A stretch of 64,000 bases of DNA from Squalus acanthias (Eukaryota), in NCBI GenBank assembly GCA_030390025.1, contig CM059432.1:55862001-55926000 (forward strand). Direction: 5' to 3'. How positions within the stretch are numbered: position 1 is the stretch's first letter; each line of letters starts with the position of its first letter. Of the stretch, positions 35,315 to 48,731 are shown in pieces. A program made the translations under genes and the position numbers. The notes beneath the pieces are model-generated. The model did not search any database and was not told the DNA's origin. It worked only from the letters and a program-made list of their open reading frames with translations.

Positions 35315-35712
35315 ATATATGGCGCCTTTCACAACCTCAGGATGTCCCAAAGCGATTTACAGCCAATGAAATACTTTTCAAGTGTAGTCACTGTTGTAAT
35401 GTCAGAAATACGGCAACCAATTTGCACACAGCAAGATCCAAAAAACAGCAATGTGATAACCAGATAATCTGTGTTATAGTGATGTTTGTTGAGGAATAAA
35501 TATTGATCAGGGGACAACTTCCCTACTCTTCTTCGAATAGTGCCATGGAATCTTTTATGTCATCCTGAGAGGGAAGTCTGACAGTGCAGCACTCTCAAAG
35601 TACTGCACTGGAGTGTCAGCCTACATTTTGTGCTCAGGTCTTTGGAGTGGACTTGAATCCACAACATTCTGACTCAAAGGTGAAAGTGCTACCACTGAGC
35701 CACAGCTGATAC
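35315..35712 (-). mobile_element. DeuSINE (SacSINE1-like) with tRNA head
   Basis: Minus strand has A box TGGCTCAGTGG, B box GGATTCAAGTCC, Deu-like aaaagattccatggcactattcgaagaagagtaggg and an L2-derived tail. Confidence 0.75.
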
Positions 35713-36127
35713 CTGGTTAGGACAGGAGACTGAGTGAACCTCCTAGGGAAATTTCAGGGTTGTATATTTTGACAATTTCTCCCGGAATGTTCTGATTCTT
35801 GCTGAGGTACAGTTCCATTGGAACTGGCAACAGTCAAGTTACTTTGCATAAAATGTAATTCCTTGTGCTTGCCCAGCGAGTGTGGATGATCTATTTTATC
35901 ACAGAAGGCATCACAGCTGTACCCAGTTTCCTGACCCATACTGGATAATGATCAGCAGTGGGAACCCGAGCTGATTTCCTTTCCCCCGCTCCTCACTTCC
36001 TTCCCCCCCCCCCCCCCCCTTCCCAAAATCATGAGTCCAATGGTACCATGGCTAAGATGAGTCTGAATAACTAACTTTTTTTTATATGTAACATGGTTTT
36101 CAAATCTATACACAGTTTAAAATTTTT

Positions 36128-39100
36128 ACATAGAAAGATAGGAGCAGGAGTAGGCCATTCGGCCCCTCGAGCCTGTTCCGCCATTTAATGAGATCATGGC
36201 TGATCATCCAAATTCAGTACCCTGTCCCTGCTTTCTCCCCATATCCCTTGATCCCTTTAGCCTTGAGAAATACTGTATCTAACTCCTTCTTGAATATATT
36301 TAATGAATTGGCCTCAACTGCCTTCTGTGGTAGAGAATTCCACAGGTTCACCACTCTCTGGGTGAAGAAATTCCTCCTCATCTCAGTCCTAAATGGCTTA
36401 CCCCTTATCCTTGGACTGTGACCCCTGGTTCTGGACTCCCCCGCCATCGGGAACATCCTTCCTGCATCTAGTCTGTCTAGTCCTGTTAGAATTTTATAAG
36501 TTTCATTCTTCTAAACTCTAGCGAATATAAGCCTAATCGACCCAATCTCTCCTCGTACGTCATTCCTGTCATCCCAGGTATCAGTCTGGTGAATCTTCGC
36601 TGCACTCCCTCCATGGCAAGAACATCCTTCCTCAGATAAGGTGACCAAAACTGCATACAATACTCAAGGTGTGGTCTCACCAAGGCCCTGCACAACTGCA
36701 GCAAGACATCCTTGCTCCTGTACTCGAATCCTCTCGCTATGAAGGCCAACATACCATTTGCCGCCTTAACCGCCTGCTGGACTTGCATGCTTACCTTCAG
36801 CGACTGGTGCACAAGGACACCCAGGTCTCGTTGCACTTCCCCTTTTCCCAATCTATTGCCGTTCAGATAATAATCTGTCTTCCTGTTTTTGCCACCGAAG
36901 TGGATAACCTCGCATTTATCCACATTATACTGCATTTGCCATGCATCTGCCCAATCACCCAACCTGTCCAAATCATACTAGGTTTCTCTGCATCCTCCTC
37001 ACAGCACACGTGCCCACCCAGCTTTGTGTCGTCTGCAAACTTGGAGATATTACATCTAGTTCCCTCGTCTAGATCATTTATATATATATTGTGAATAGCT
37101 GGGGTCCTAGCACCGATCTCTGCGGTACCCCACTAGTCACTGCCTGCCACTCAGAAAAAGACCCGTTTATTCCAACTCTTTGCATCCTGTCTGCCAACCA
37201 GTTCTCTATCCAAGACAGTACCTTACCCCCAATCCCGTGTGCTTTAACTTTGCACGCTAATCTCTTATGCGGGACCTTATCGAAAGCCTTCTGAAAGTCC
37301 AGATACACCACATCCACTGGTTCTCCCTTATCTATTCAGTTACATCCTCAAAAAATTCCAGTAGATTAGTCAAGCATGGTTTACCTTTTGTAAATCCATG
37401 TTGACTTTGTCCGATCCTGTCACTGTTTTCCAAGTGCTCTGCTATTACATCTTTTATAATGGACTCTAGCATTTTCCCCACTACCGATGTCAGACTTACC
37501 GGTCTATAATTCCCCGTTTTCTCTCTACCACCTTTTTTAAATAGTGGGGTTACATTAGCTATCCTCCAATCCATGGGAACTGTTCCAGAGTCTATAGAAT
37601 TTTGGAAGATGACGAGCAATGCATCTACTATTTCTAGGGCCACTTCCTTAAGTACCCTAGGATGTAGATTATCAGGCCCTGGGGATTTATTGGCCTTCAA
37701 TTCCATCAATTTCCCTAACACCATTTCCCTTCAAATACTGATTTCATTCAATTCCTCCCTCTCATTAGACCCTATGTTCCCCAACATCTCTGGGAGGTTA
37801 TTTGTGTCCTCCTTTGTGAAGACAGAACCAAAGTATGTATTTAATTGGCCTGCCATTTCTTTGTTCCCCGTTATAAATTCCCCTGATTCTGACTGCAAGG
37901 GACCTACACTTGACTTCACCAATCTTTTTCTCTTCACATATCTATAGAAGCTTTTACAGTCAGTTTTTATGTTCCCTGAAAGCTTACTCTCATAATCTAT
38001 TTTCCCCCTCTTAATTAATCCCTTTGTCCTCCTTTGCTGAATTCTAAACTGCTCCCAATCCTCAGGTTTGCTGCTTTTTCTGGCCAAATTATATGTCCTC
38101 TCCTTGGATCTAATGCTATCCCTAATTTCCCTTGTTAGCCACGGTTGAGTCACCTTTTTTGTTTTATTTTTATGCCAAACAGGGATGAACAAATTCTGTA
38201 GTTCATCCATGCGATCTTTAAATGTTTGCCATTGCCTATCCACCGTCAACCCTTTAAGCAACGTTCCCCAATCCATCCTAGCCAACTCGTGCCTCATACC
38301 ATCGTAGTTTCCTTTATTTAAATTCAGGACCCTAGTCTCTGAGTCAACTACTTCACTCTCCATCTTAATGAAGAATTCGATCATATTATGATTGCTCCTC
38401 CCCAAGGGGCCTCGCACAACAAGATTGCTAATTAATCCTTTCTCATTACATAATACCCAGTCTAAGATGACCTGATCTCTAGTTGGTTCCTCGACATATT
38501 GGTCCAGGAAACCATCCCGTATACACTCTAGGAATTCCTCCTCCACAGTATTGTAACTAATTTGGTTAGCCCAATCTATATGTAGATTAAAGTCACCCAT
38601 GATAACTGCTGTGCCCTTATTGCACGCGTCTCTAATTTCCCATTTAATGCCATCTCCAACCTCAGCATTACTGTTTGGGGGTCTGTATACAACTCCCACT
38701 AACGTTTTCTGCCCCTTGGTATTTCTCAGCTCTGCCCATACAGATTCCACATCATCAGAGCTAATATCCTTCCTTACTATTGTGTTAATCTCCTCTTTAA
38801 CCAGCAATAATACCCCACCTCCTTTTCCTTTTTTCCTGTCCTTCCTGAATATTGAATACCCCTGGATGTTGAATACCCAGACTTGGTCATCCTGGAGCCA
38901 TGTCTCCGTAATCCCAATTATATCATATCCGTTTACATCTATTTGCGCAGCTAATTCATCCACCTTATTACGAATGCTCCTCGCATTAAGACACAAAGCC
39001 TTCAGGCTTGATTTTTTAACACTCTTAGTCCTTTTAGAATTATTATTTACTGTGGCCCTGTTTGATTTACACCCTTGATTTCTCTGCCTTCCACTTTTGC

Positions 39101-40600
39101 TTTTCTCCTTCCTGTCTTTTGTTTTTATCCTTGCTTCCCTTTCCTCTGTCTCCCTGCACAGGTTCCCAACCCCCTGCCATTTTAGTTTAAACCCTCCCCA
39201 ACAGCACTAGCAAACACTCCCCCTAGGACATCGGTTCCGGTCCCGCCCAGGTGCAAACCGTCCAGTTTGTACTGGTCCCACCTCCCCCAGAACCGGTTCC
39301 AATGTCCCAGGAATTTGAATCCCTCCCCCTTGCACCATTCCTCTAGCCACGTATTCATCTGAAATATCCTTCTATTTCTACTCTGACTAGCACGTGGCAC
39401 TGGTAGCAATCCTGAGATTACTACCTTTTGAGGTCCTATTTTTAAATTTACCTCCTAACTCCCTATATTCAGCTTTTAGGACCTCATCCTGCTTTTTACC
39501 TATATCGTTGGTACCTATATGCACCACGACAACTGGCTGTTCACCCTCCCCCTCCAGAATGCCCTGCAGCCGCTCCGAGACATCCTTGACCCTTGCACCA
39601 GGGAGGCAACATACCATCCTGGAGTCTCGTTTGCGGCTGCAGAAACGCCTATCTATTCCCCTTGCAATAGAATCCCCTATCACTATAGCTCTCCCGCTTT
39701 TTTTCCTCCCGTCCTGTGCAGTAGGACCACCCATGGTGCCAGGAAGTTGGCTGCTGCTGCTTTCCCCCGATAAGCCATCCCCCTCAACAATATCCAAAGT
39801 GGTTTATCTGTTTGAAAGGGGGATGGCCACGGCACCCCTGCACTGCCTACTAATTTGCCTGGTGGTCACCCATTCCCTTCCTGCCTGTGCAGCCTTTACC
39901 TGCGGTGTGACCAACTCCCTAAACGTGTTATCCACGATGTGCTCAGCATCGCGAATGCTCCAGTATGTATCCATTCGCAGCTCCAGTGCTGCAATGCTGT
40001 CTGTCAGTAGCTGCAGCTGGATACACTTCCCGCACACATGGTCGTCAGGGACACAGGAAGTGTCCCTGATTTCCCACATAGTGCAGGAGGAGCATGCCAC
40101 GGGGCCGAGCTGTGCTGCCATGACTTACCGTTTAATTAATTCAAATTAAATTAAATCAAATCAATACCACTAATTACACTACAATTAAATGATATACTGA
40201 AGGGCCCTTGTTTACCAGCACTCCCTGCTACACAACAGAGACCCTAGAAACTATAAACCACAAAAATTAAGTTTGGAAAAAAGCGAGAAAGAGAAAAATA
40301 CTCACCTACCAATCACTTACCTGCTTTCTGGTGACGTCACACTTCGATTACTTTTTACTTCTCTCTCTCCTCTCACTGACTCTCTGCCTCTCGCAGGTCC
40401 GCCGCTCAGTTCCGGTCCCAGGCCTCCTCTCGCTGACTCTGCCTCTCGCAGGTCCGCCGCTCAGCTCCGGTCCCAGGCCTCCTCTCGCTTACGCTGCCTC
40501 TCGCAGGTCCGCCGCTCAGCTCCGGTCCCAGGCCTCCTCTCGCTGACTCTGTGCCTCTCGCAGGTCCGCCGCTCAGCTCCAGTCCCAGGCCTCCTCTCCG
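36128..40600 (-). mobile_element. Near full-length CR1 LINE with frameshifted ORF1 (zinc finger + SGNH esterase) and ORF2 (APE endonuclease + RT)
   Basis: ORF1 pieces: 39804..40121 (CSSC..CGKC), 39387..39797 (GDSI, CLPGA, HIGTND) and 39182..39409 (DGLHL). ORF2 pieces: 37731..38996 (NARSI, ITETW, GDFN), 37332..37724, 37078..37317, 36486..36971 and 36214..36456. Confidence 0.95.
40370..40598. repeat. ~57-bp tandem repeat, four copies, forming the CR1 5' UTR end
   Basis: Unit tgcctctcgcaggtccgccgctcagctccggtcccaggcctcctctcgctgactc. Confidence 0.9.
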
Positions 40601-41201
40601 TGTTCTTTTTATTGATTCTTTCCTGGCTATAATGTAGATTTTATTTTTCCGTCTAGTCATGAATTCTTTTACTCTTTCTTGTTCCAACTATATGTGCTCT
40701 GTTCCATTTATGGCTAGTGTTAACTTGCATTCTAGAAGGACAGGAGTATGAAAATGTAGATTGTATTCAGAGTGTGGTCTGCACTAGGGTGTGCACCTAT
40801 TGTTGCCAAAGAAACTAATAATGCTGAATTACCTCAATTTCTGTAGTGTGGCTTTTTTGGTTAGCTGACTTAGGGTGAAGAGGCTGGTACAAGATCTTTT
40901 ATAAAAAAAAATGTTTCCTGGAAGTACATTGAAGCACTAACGCATAGTGTTGTTGGATGTGGGTTTGTGTTTGCAATCAGTCACATCCCAGCATTCCCAA
41001 TCTCTCTTCCCTCCCCACACAAAGAGTGGAGGGGGAATTAAGGGAGAATGTGTATTAACAACGGAATTCTAATTGTAGGAGATTTTAATTATCCAAAAAT
41101 AGATTAGGATAGGGAAATGTTTGTGGTGAGAAAGGGAAGGCAACGTCAAATTTATGCCTGGCGTCAAGTTGAAAATCTACCCCAAGGTCCCAGTTTTAAT
41201 A

Positions 41202-41740
41202 CAGTACATGTGAATATAAAAACCATATGAATATAGTGAACATAGTACCTGTTTATAGTGATCCTTTTCATGCTAATAATTTGTGTGTCTCCTATGTTCT
41301 GACTGTTCTGCGATACTTAGGCGTGTTACACTTAAACAATGGAGACAAAATGCAAGAGTATATCATTTGTAGCAATAAAAATATTCAACGCAATGGGTGA
41401 ACTAACTGAAAAGAGTAAGGATATTCAACAAGAATTTAAGATTCCGGCATCCACAAATACATGGTTGCTAAAAACAAAAAAAAATATTGGAGCAATGGCA
41501 TTGAGGTGGTGACAGCGGCTGAGAAAGAAAATCTGAGGGAAAGGCTCAAGGTAGTGGAAAGTCAATTCTACGCTGACAATTGCCAGAGAAAAGGAAGGAA
41601 TAGTAACTGGACAAGTGCTGAAGGCATCAATAAAGTTGTTTGCCGAAGGCATGGGTATTCCATTTGAACTCTCAAAAGGTTGGCTGGATTGTTTATAATA
41701 GAAGCATAGCATAGTATTGCATACAAAGACTTACTTAAAA
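41202..41740 (+). pseudogene. 5' fragment of a fossil Tigger/pogo element (CENP-B-type HTH domains)
   Basis: TA|CAGT putative left end at 41200-05. METKCKSISF...KDIQQEFKIPAST..LLKTK begins at 41339, followed by VTGQVLKASIKLFAEGMGIPFELSKGWLDCL**KHSI. Confidence 0.72.
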
Positions 41741-42799
41741 AAAAAGGTAGATGCTGATTCACTACTTTTCCTTGGACAAGAAATGTTATGTACTATAGGT
41801 AATTCCATCAAATAAAGAACTTTTATTTGTTTTACAGTTTAGTGCTGGTATTAAAAAGTTGAAATGTTCAAAATTTTATCCAGTTAAAATGTTGACACTT
41901 TTAAAATGTTTAAATTGTTTTACAGTGTTAATATGAAACAGTTTAACATGTTTTTAACATTTTGTAGTAAAGTTAATTTCAATTAAAGCACTTGGAGTTG
42001 TTCCTCTGACTTTTCCCCACATTTGTATATCTGTTGAATGCATTCTTGTTTAACAAAACTCTTGCAAATACTGTATTTTGTGTATTATTATGTGTGGTCC
42101 AGTGGTGTTTACAAAGCATTAAAAACAAATGAGCTTTCAGATACAATTTGGGGTTTTTCTATTTTTTTAAATTAATGGAATGGGGCCAATTGTCTGGTGC
42201 TTTAATAACTGCAGTGTCTCATAGAATGAACAGTTTTAAATAGACATCTTGTTTATGGGAGACAATTTTGTTGTGATCAGCAAGGTAAGTGCTGAGGGAT
42301 TGAACACGTCACCACTTTTGTCATCAATGTAAGTATCAAGCACTCCAAGATCTAGTGTGGCATTGGCCACACTAAAACTCCTATCCTACCTCACCCCAAC
42401 AAAATAACCACTCCTTACTGTACAGGTGAAACATTTTGATTTCACACAATCTATTTGCGGGACGGAGTTCCAAACTGTGGACAGTTTTGTTCTATAGACT
42501 GATGATTAGTGTGTGACGGATTAGTGGATAAATGACCTGCTGCCCAAAGACAACTTTCCATCCTTCCCTCCTGTCGGGGAGCACTTGATCGCTGCTTAAT
42601 GTTTTATTGTGTGTCTATGTAAAATCTACAACGGGGGGGGGGCGTACGTACTTAGATATTAATGAATATTTTCAACACATTACTTTCATTTTTACTTGCA
42701 CGGTGTGTTGCTTCAGCCTTTAGTTTTGTTTTTGTTATTTGAACCCATTTCATCAGTACTCTGCACCTCCTCCCTCCTTTCACTCTTTCCTCCCTCCAT

Positions 42800-43472
42800 N
42801 NNNNNNNNNNNNNNNNNNNNNNNNNNNNNNNNNNNNNNNNNNNNNNNNNNNNNNNNNNNNNNNNNNNNNNNNNNNNNNNNNNNNNNNNNNNNNNNNNNNN
42901 NNNNNNNNNNNNNNNNNNNNNNNNNNNNNNNNNNNNNNNNNNNNNNNNNNNNNNNNNNNNNNNNNNNNNNNNNNNNNNNNNNNNNNNNNNNNNNNNNNNN
43001 NNNNNNNNNNNNNNNNNNNNNNNNNNNNNNNNNNNNNNNNNNNNNNNNNNNNNNNNNNNNNNNNNNNNNNNNNNNNNNNNNNNNNNNNNNNNNNNNNNNN
43101 NNNNNNNNNNNNNNNNNNNNNNNNNNNNNNNNNNNNNNNNNNNNNNNNNNNNNNNNNNNNNNNNNNNNNNNNNNNNNNNNNNNNNNNNNNNNNNNNNNNN
43201 NNNNNNNNNNNNNNNNNNNNNNNNNNNNNNNNNNNNNNNNNNNNNNNNNNNNNNNNNNNNNNNNNNNNNNNNNNNNNNNNNNNNNNNNNNNNNNNNNNNN
43301 NNNNNNNNNNNNNNNNNNNNNNNNNNNNNNNNNNNNNNNNNNNNNNNNNNNNNNNNNNNNNNNNNNNNNNNNNNNNNNNNNNNNNNNNNNNNNNNNNNNN
43401 NNNNNNNNNNNNNNNNNNNNNNNNNNNNNNNNNNNNNNNNNNNNNNNNNNNNNNNNNNNNNNNNNNNNNNNN
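42800..43472. other. Assembly gap (673 N)
   Basis: Run of n characters. Confidence 1.
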
Positions 43473-43977
43473 TAGTCCTGCACCTTGTATATGCCTCATA
43501 CGCATTCCCCTCTGTGGCTTGGTGTCTGTTTGTTTATCTTTTCCTATTTCCCCCTTCCCCCGCAGTGTCTTAGGATATTTTCAATGTTAAAGGTGCTATA
43601 TAAACGCAAGTTGTTATTGTCAGCACAATATTGCTCAGATCAGGAACTCGGTAGAATGTGGGTTCAAACATGTCTTCTCCTTTTCATTCCGTAATGCTGC
43701 ATCTCGGTGCTCAAATGCACAGCCCCACTGTGCCATGTTGTTTGTGGTCTCCTCCTTTCCTCCCCTAGTTTTTTCCCTGCTGGTCCTTTATTTGCAGACA
43801 AAGTAGTGAGGCCATAAAACTGTTTATCATCTCCTTTTACATTGCTGATTATACTAGGAGATGAGTGAGAACATGTCATTGTTGACATTCTTAGATTTTT
43901 TTTTTTAAGTCCCATGATTTCCGTAAACTCTGCTTCCCATGAGACTGGGACGTTGCAGTATTTTGGATGGGAGCCTG

Positions 43978-44320
43978 TCATCTCTGTAACCTCCTCCAGC
44001 CCTACAACCCTCTGAGATCTCTACTCGTCCAATTCTAGCCTCTTGCACATCACCGATTTTCATTGCTCCACCATTGGTTCCGTGCCTTCAGCTGCCTAGG
44101 CCCTAAGCTATGGAATTCCCTCCCTAAACCTCTCTGCCTCTCTACCATTTTTTCCTCCTTTAAGACACTCCTTAAACTCTACCTCTAACACCAAGCCTTT
44201 GGTCACGTGTCCTAAAATCTCCTACGTGGCTTGGTGTCTAATTTTGTTTGATAACGCTCCTGTGAAGCGCCTGGGAACGTTTTACTATGTTAAAGGCGCT
44301 ATATAAATGCAAGTTGTTAA
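43978..44320 (+). mobile_element. L2 3' end
   Basis: Homologous to 25180-25514 and 29850-30190. Confidence 0.88.
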
Positions 44321-44921
44321 GTCCTCTGACTTGCTCTCTCCTCACCTTCCTTTACCTGCCATTTGTGAAGTGCCTTGGAAAGTTTGCTATGTTAAAGGCA
44401 CTGCGTAGACGTGTTAGATATTTTACTATTACATTTGAATCTATATAGCATCTTTGACATAGTAAAATGTCCTAAGGTACTTCAGAGGCAGAAATGAATT
44501 CTGAGCAGTATTAGAAAAGTATTTATGGAATTTTGGAGAAGTTGGAATTTATGTAGGGTAGAGCTAGGGAGGCCAACGAGTAAAACATTGCCAAAACCTA
44601 GCCTGGAAATGACAAAGGCAAGAGTTGTGTTTCAGGAGAAGTGCCGGTGAAGTGGAAATAATCTGGTATGAGAGGATATGGAGTTTGAAGCTCAGCTCAA
44701 GGTCAAGCAGGATACAGGAGGTTGTGTACCATCAGGGTTCACCTGAGTGAGATGGGAGATTAAATCGGACTAGGATGCAGAATTTATGGCTGGTATTGAA
44801 CAGTATATCTTTAGACTTGCCAGTGTTGAGTTGGAGAAGGTTCTGGCTCATTCATGACTTGATGTCGGACAGCATATTGATGGTCATGAGTGAAAGGTGT
44901 GGTGGAGGGATAGAAAACTAT

Positions 44922-45626
44922 GGGCCAGAATTTGCTGTCAAAATAAATGCTCCACGTTATTTATGGGTAAATGGTACAGCAACTTCAGGCAAGGAGCAGA
45001 TACGCGGTTAAGTGTGAATATTGAAAAGTTTCTGTCCACTGTTGGCTTCGCAAAAATGGCATCTCACTCTTAGCCTCTCCGTTTTTTAAGAACTTGTTGT
45101 ATTTGCCCATCAAACGCGACACAGAAAGTTAAGTCATGTCATGACCAATGCAGCTACCCTTTTAATGATGTGATAAGTGTTAATGACTGCCAATTAGCCT
45201 TTCTGGCACTGAAAATTAACTATTACAAGTGTGGCGTGTCACTTCTTCAGGTTTTGAATTTTTCAGAGATTTTAAAAATGTCAAATTTAAATTTTTTTTC
45301 TTGCATTTCCTTTCTGTCTCGTTTTCTCCCTCTTAATCCAATCGTTCCTTCCGTCTCTTTATTGATCTTTGTGTACCTGATTTGACATCGAATTCACCCC
45401 CTTTAATTCACCCTCCTTCTCAGTTCTTCCTGTGTTTTATTTCCCAATCCTTAAATTTCATTGCCCTGTTCACTCAGGTCCCAGATGACCTGTTTCCCTC
45501 GTTGCACCGTTATCAGCTCGCACTTTCGGCAACTGTGGGCAGTAAAATTTTGAGCCGAAGGGTGCAGGGGCAAGTCTAACAAACAGCAGATGCCATTAGA
45601 TGCCCTGTTACAGCAAATTTTGGCCC
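44922..45626. mobile_element. Harbinger-type MITE (second family)
   Basis: TIRs gggccagaatttgctg / cagcaaattttggccc with 3-bp TSD TAT/TAT. Confidence 0.85.
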
Positions 45627-46122
45627 TATGTGTCTTGTTACTTAATTCACTATAGATCATGATTTATGGCTTTGCAATGTTGTATACTAAGATTTTGGTT
45701 AGTATTTTTCATGTATATAAACTGAACAATGCATGTGGCATAAAATCAAGAAAACTGTCTGTGTTCTATTTTATAGTTTTAAGCGCACAAGTACTGAAGT
45801 AAAACAGGCTTCCATCAAATTTAATACATTTCCAAAATAACCACAACATACTAGATTTTCAAGGCTAGTTAAAAACCGACTGGCAATCAAGTCCAGATGG
45901 GAGATGTTGGATAACTGATTTTCTGATAGCTATTGTCAGAATTCAGTATTATGTTTCCCTGAAACTGAAAAAGTGAAATAAAATGGTAATAAAGACTTGA
46001 ATCCTAATATACATTAAAAGTAATAGTTAAATGTGTTATCTGTATGTGTTCCCTCATCCTGCTTGTAATTACCTCCTACAATTAATATGTTGTATATAAT
46101 AACCAGGATTGTAAATCTGATA

Positions 46123-46442
46123 CATGTTGAGCGTCCCGAATCTGGCAACCTCGGGACCGAGGCCAAGCCGGTTTTCATGTTTTTCCGGACTTCGGAACGT
46201 GTTTCTGATGTCTGAAGTCCGGAAACGTCCGAGCCAAGGTTGCGATATTTCCGGACTTTGGACATCAGAAACACGTTCCGAGTCCGGAAATGCCTGGGCC
46301 CAGGTTGCGATATTTCCGGTTTTTGGTAAGCCTCCCTCGGTATCCGGATTCCGGAACATTTTACGGATTCCGGACGACCTTGCCACCAATCGTTCCGGAA
46401 CATTCCGGATTCCGGAACTCTGGATTTTGGAGGCTCAACCTG
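46123..46442. mobile_element. Tigger4/Zombi-like MITE; shorter, inverted relative of 22697-23252
   Basis: TA|CATGTTGAGCGTCC ... GGAGGCTCAACCTG|TA termini and the shared internal palindrome aacgtgtttctgatgtc / gacatcagaaacacgtt. Confidence 0.85.
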
Positions 46443-46929
46443 TATGCATAGTTCTGATCATATCTTCTGCATTAGATAGGACAGGGATTGAAACAAACTG
46501 ACTAATTTACAAATTAGCTTTATTTTAATTAGTTAGGAAATGTTATATGTGAAAAACCTATGAAATGAGGAAAAGCTATTTGATCCATCAACCTTATTCC
46601 TCTTAATGGATTTGTGCTGTAAACAGCCCTTATGGACAAGTGTTCTTAAAGTCCAGTTGATGAAGCTCAACCTCATCTCATCACAGTGTTCATCTAAATT
46701 TTGATCTTATGTATTTTTGCAACTTTCTGAAACAGTCTTGAGTCCTCTCTTTTGAGCAACTTAGAGAAAATTAAAATTATGTTTAGACTGTGATTACCAC
46801 TTTTAAGATCAGTGGCTGCAGTTCATGTTTACACTGCCTGGCTGAAACTTCAGTTCTGCTGCCCACGATAGTGTTTACACATATGCACAGAGCTTCTCTC
46901 CCCATAGTTAAATTTGAGAAGTCGCACAA

Positions 46930-46972
46930 CCATTTGTCCACCCCAGTCCAACACCGGCATCTCCACATCATA
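46930..46972 (+). mobile_element. Short terminal fragment of a common shark repeat, probably a second Penelope-like family
   Basis: tttgtccaccccagtccaacaccggcatctccacatc, recognised from memory only. Confidence 0.35.
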
Positions 46973-47727
46973 GTTCAATTGTAAGTGGTTAGACAGCCTA
47001 CAAGGTTATCAATGCTTAAACATTTTAAATTACTGTTTGCGTCTCAAGCCCCGGGGGGCCCTCACTGGTTAACACTATAAGGTTAGTGTAAGAAGTGGAA
47101 CTCGCTTTGCGACAGCTCTAAAGTTGTTTAAACACACTCTAAATGTATTTAGTGCCAGTTTATTCCGCAGATAATTAAGGCTAAGCAAGAAGTTCTTGAG
47201 TCTCATTTTCTTTCTTCAAAACTCTGCTCCACTGTTCTGTGCTCGGTTTACTAGCTTCTATTTTACTCACCGTTAAAATCCTATTTCTATCGTAACATTT
47301 CAATGTTTATTTAGTAATGGAAGAAAACTCCACTCTTATAGTGATCTAAAACGGAAAATCATTTTTGGTACTCGTTTACAATGCTTCTGTTTGGAGATGA
47401 TCACCACATCCTGCACAAAGTATTCTGTCTATAGCCTGAATTGTTTGGACAAAAAACAGTTAATTCTTAGATTATTTTATGAATCTAATAATGAACCCTG
47501 ACATTTATTTTAATAATCAGCACGTCAGTTTTGCTGAACGTCAAGGAATGTTCAATATTTAGTCTGATCATTTTTTTTTTAAATTCACCGTGGTACCCGT
47601 CATAAAGTACTGGAAGTAAACTCATTGTAACACACAATCTCTTTGTTTTCTTGCAAGTTGCACATGAACAGCAGTCTATTTGTCTTTTTTTTTTTAAACA
47701 ACCCGGTTCTATTTTTTTCTCTTGTAG

Positions 47728-47880
<153 letters not shown>

Positions 47881-48160
47881 TAGCTCTCAGTGATGTTGCA
47901 AGTAAGATTACAAATCCTAGCCTGTCTTTGATTAAATAAAACCAATATTTCTATTATACAGTAAAAGTAAATTTTATCTTCCTATAAATTAATATTCTTC
48001 TAAGTTCTGCTGCAATGCAAGTTAAATCTTCTACATGGTAAAAGTTAAAAATTTGTATAGGCAGTGTCAAATTCTTAGTTATTGTGAATATCGGTGACAA
48101 AAGAAATACCTGAGTAGTTGCATTGTTTAACTATCTTTCTGGAAGAAACCTAAAAGCATA

Positions 48161-48731
48161 GGCCCAGATTTGCTGGAGTGGGGCATCTGTTAGTTAGACT
48201 TTTTCCCTCACCCTCAGATCAATTTTTTTGCCCTGCAAGTTGCTGGAAGTGTGAGCTGATAACGAGGGCAATGGGGCATCGGGACCTTGGTGAGCAATGG
48301 GACCAACAGGGTATCTCCTTAACCAATGAAATTTAAGGAATGATAAACAGAAGAAGGAAATAAGGTGAATTAGACTCTAATAGGGTACAGAAAGAGTAAT
48401 AAAGAAAGATTGGATTAAGAGAGAGAGAAAAAGAGACAAAGAAAAAAAAATTGTATAAATTTTACATTTTTAAAATCTCTAACAACAATTTACAACCTGT
48501 AGAAATGAGAGTCCACATTTTAAATTGTTCCCTTTCAGGGCCAGAGAGGTTGAGTGGCATTGTAGGCACATAAATCTCTTCATTAAAAAGGTACTTACAC
48601 TGTTAAGTATCAGCCCTAACTTTCAGCAGCAAGTTTGCATTTTGCAATTCATGGGGTCTCTATTCCTATCACAAGTTGTTGGACGATTTGCACATTGAGC
48701 TCGCTGTTATTTTGGCAGCAAAATCTGGGTC
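48161..48731. mobile_element. Harbinger-type MITE, inverted relative of 44922-45626
   Basis: TIRs ggcccagatttgctg / cagcaaaatctgggtc. Internal gattggattaagagagagagaaaa is the reverse complement of ~45322-45342. Confidence 0.75.

Noticed and set aside
35640-35712. tRNA gene
   Set aside because: The A/B boxes belong to a SINE head that continues into a Deu-domain body; no proper acceptor stem was seen.
39394-40149. 251-aa plus-strand ORF (also 8898..9545 and 38599..39078)
   Set aside because: Antisense frames of CR1 coding sequence with no independent protein motifs.
42696-43590. Long ORFs of 241-283 aa in the ORF track
   Set aside because: Artefacts of the N gap (poly-X).
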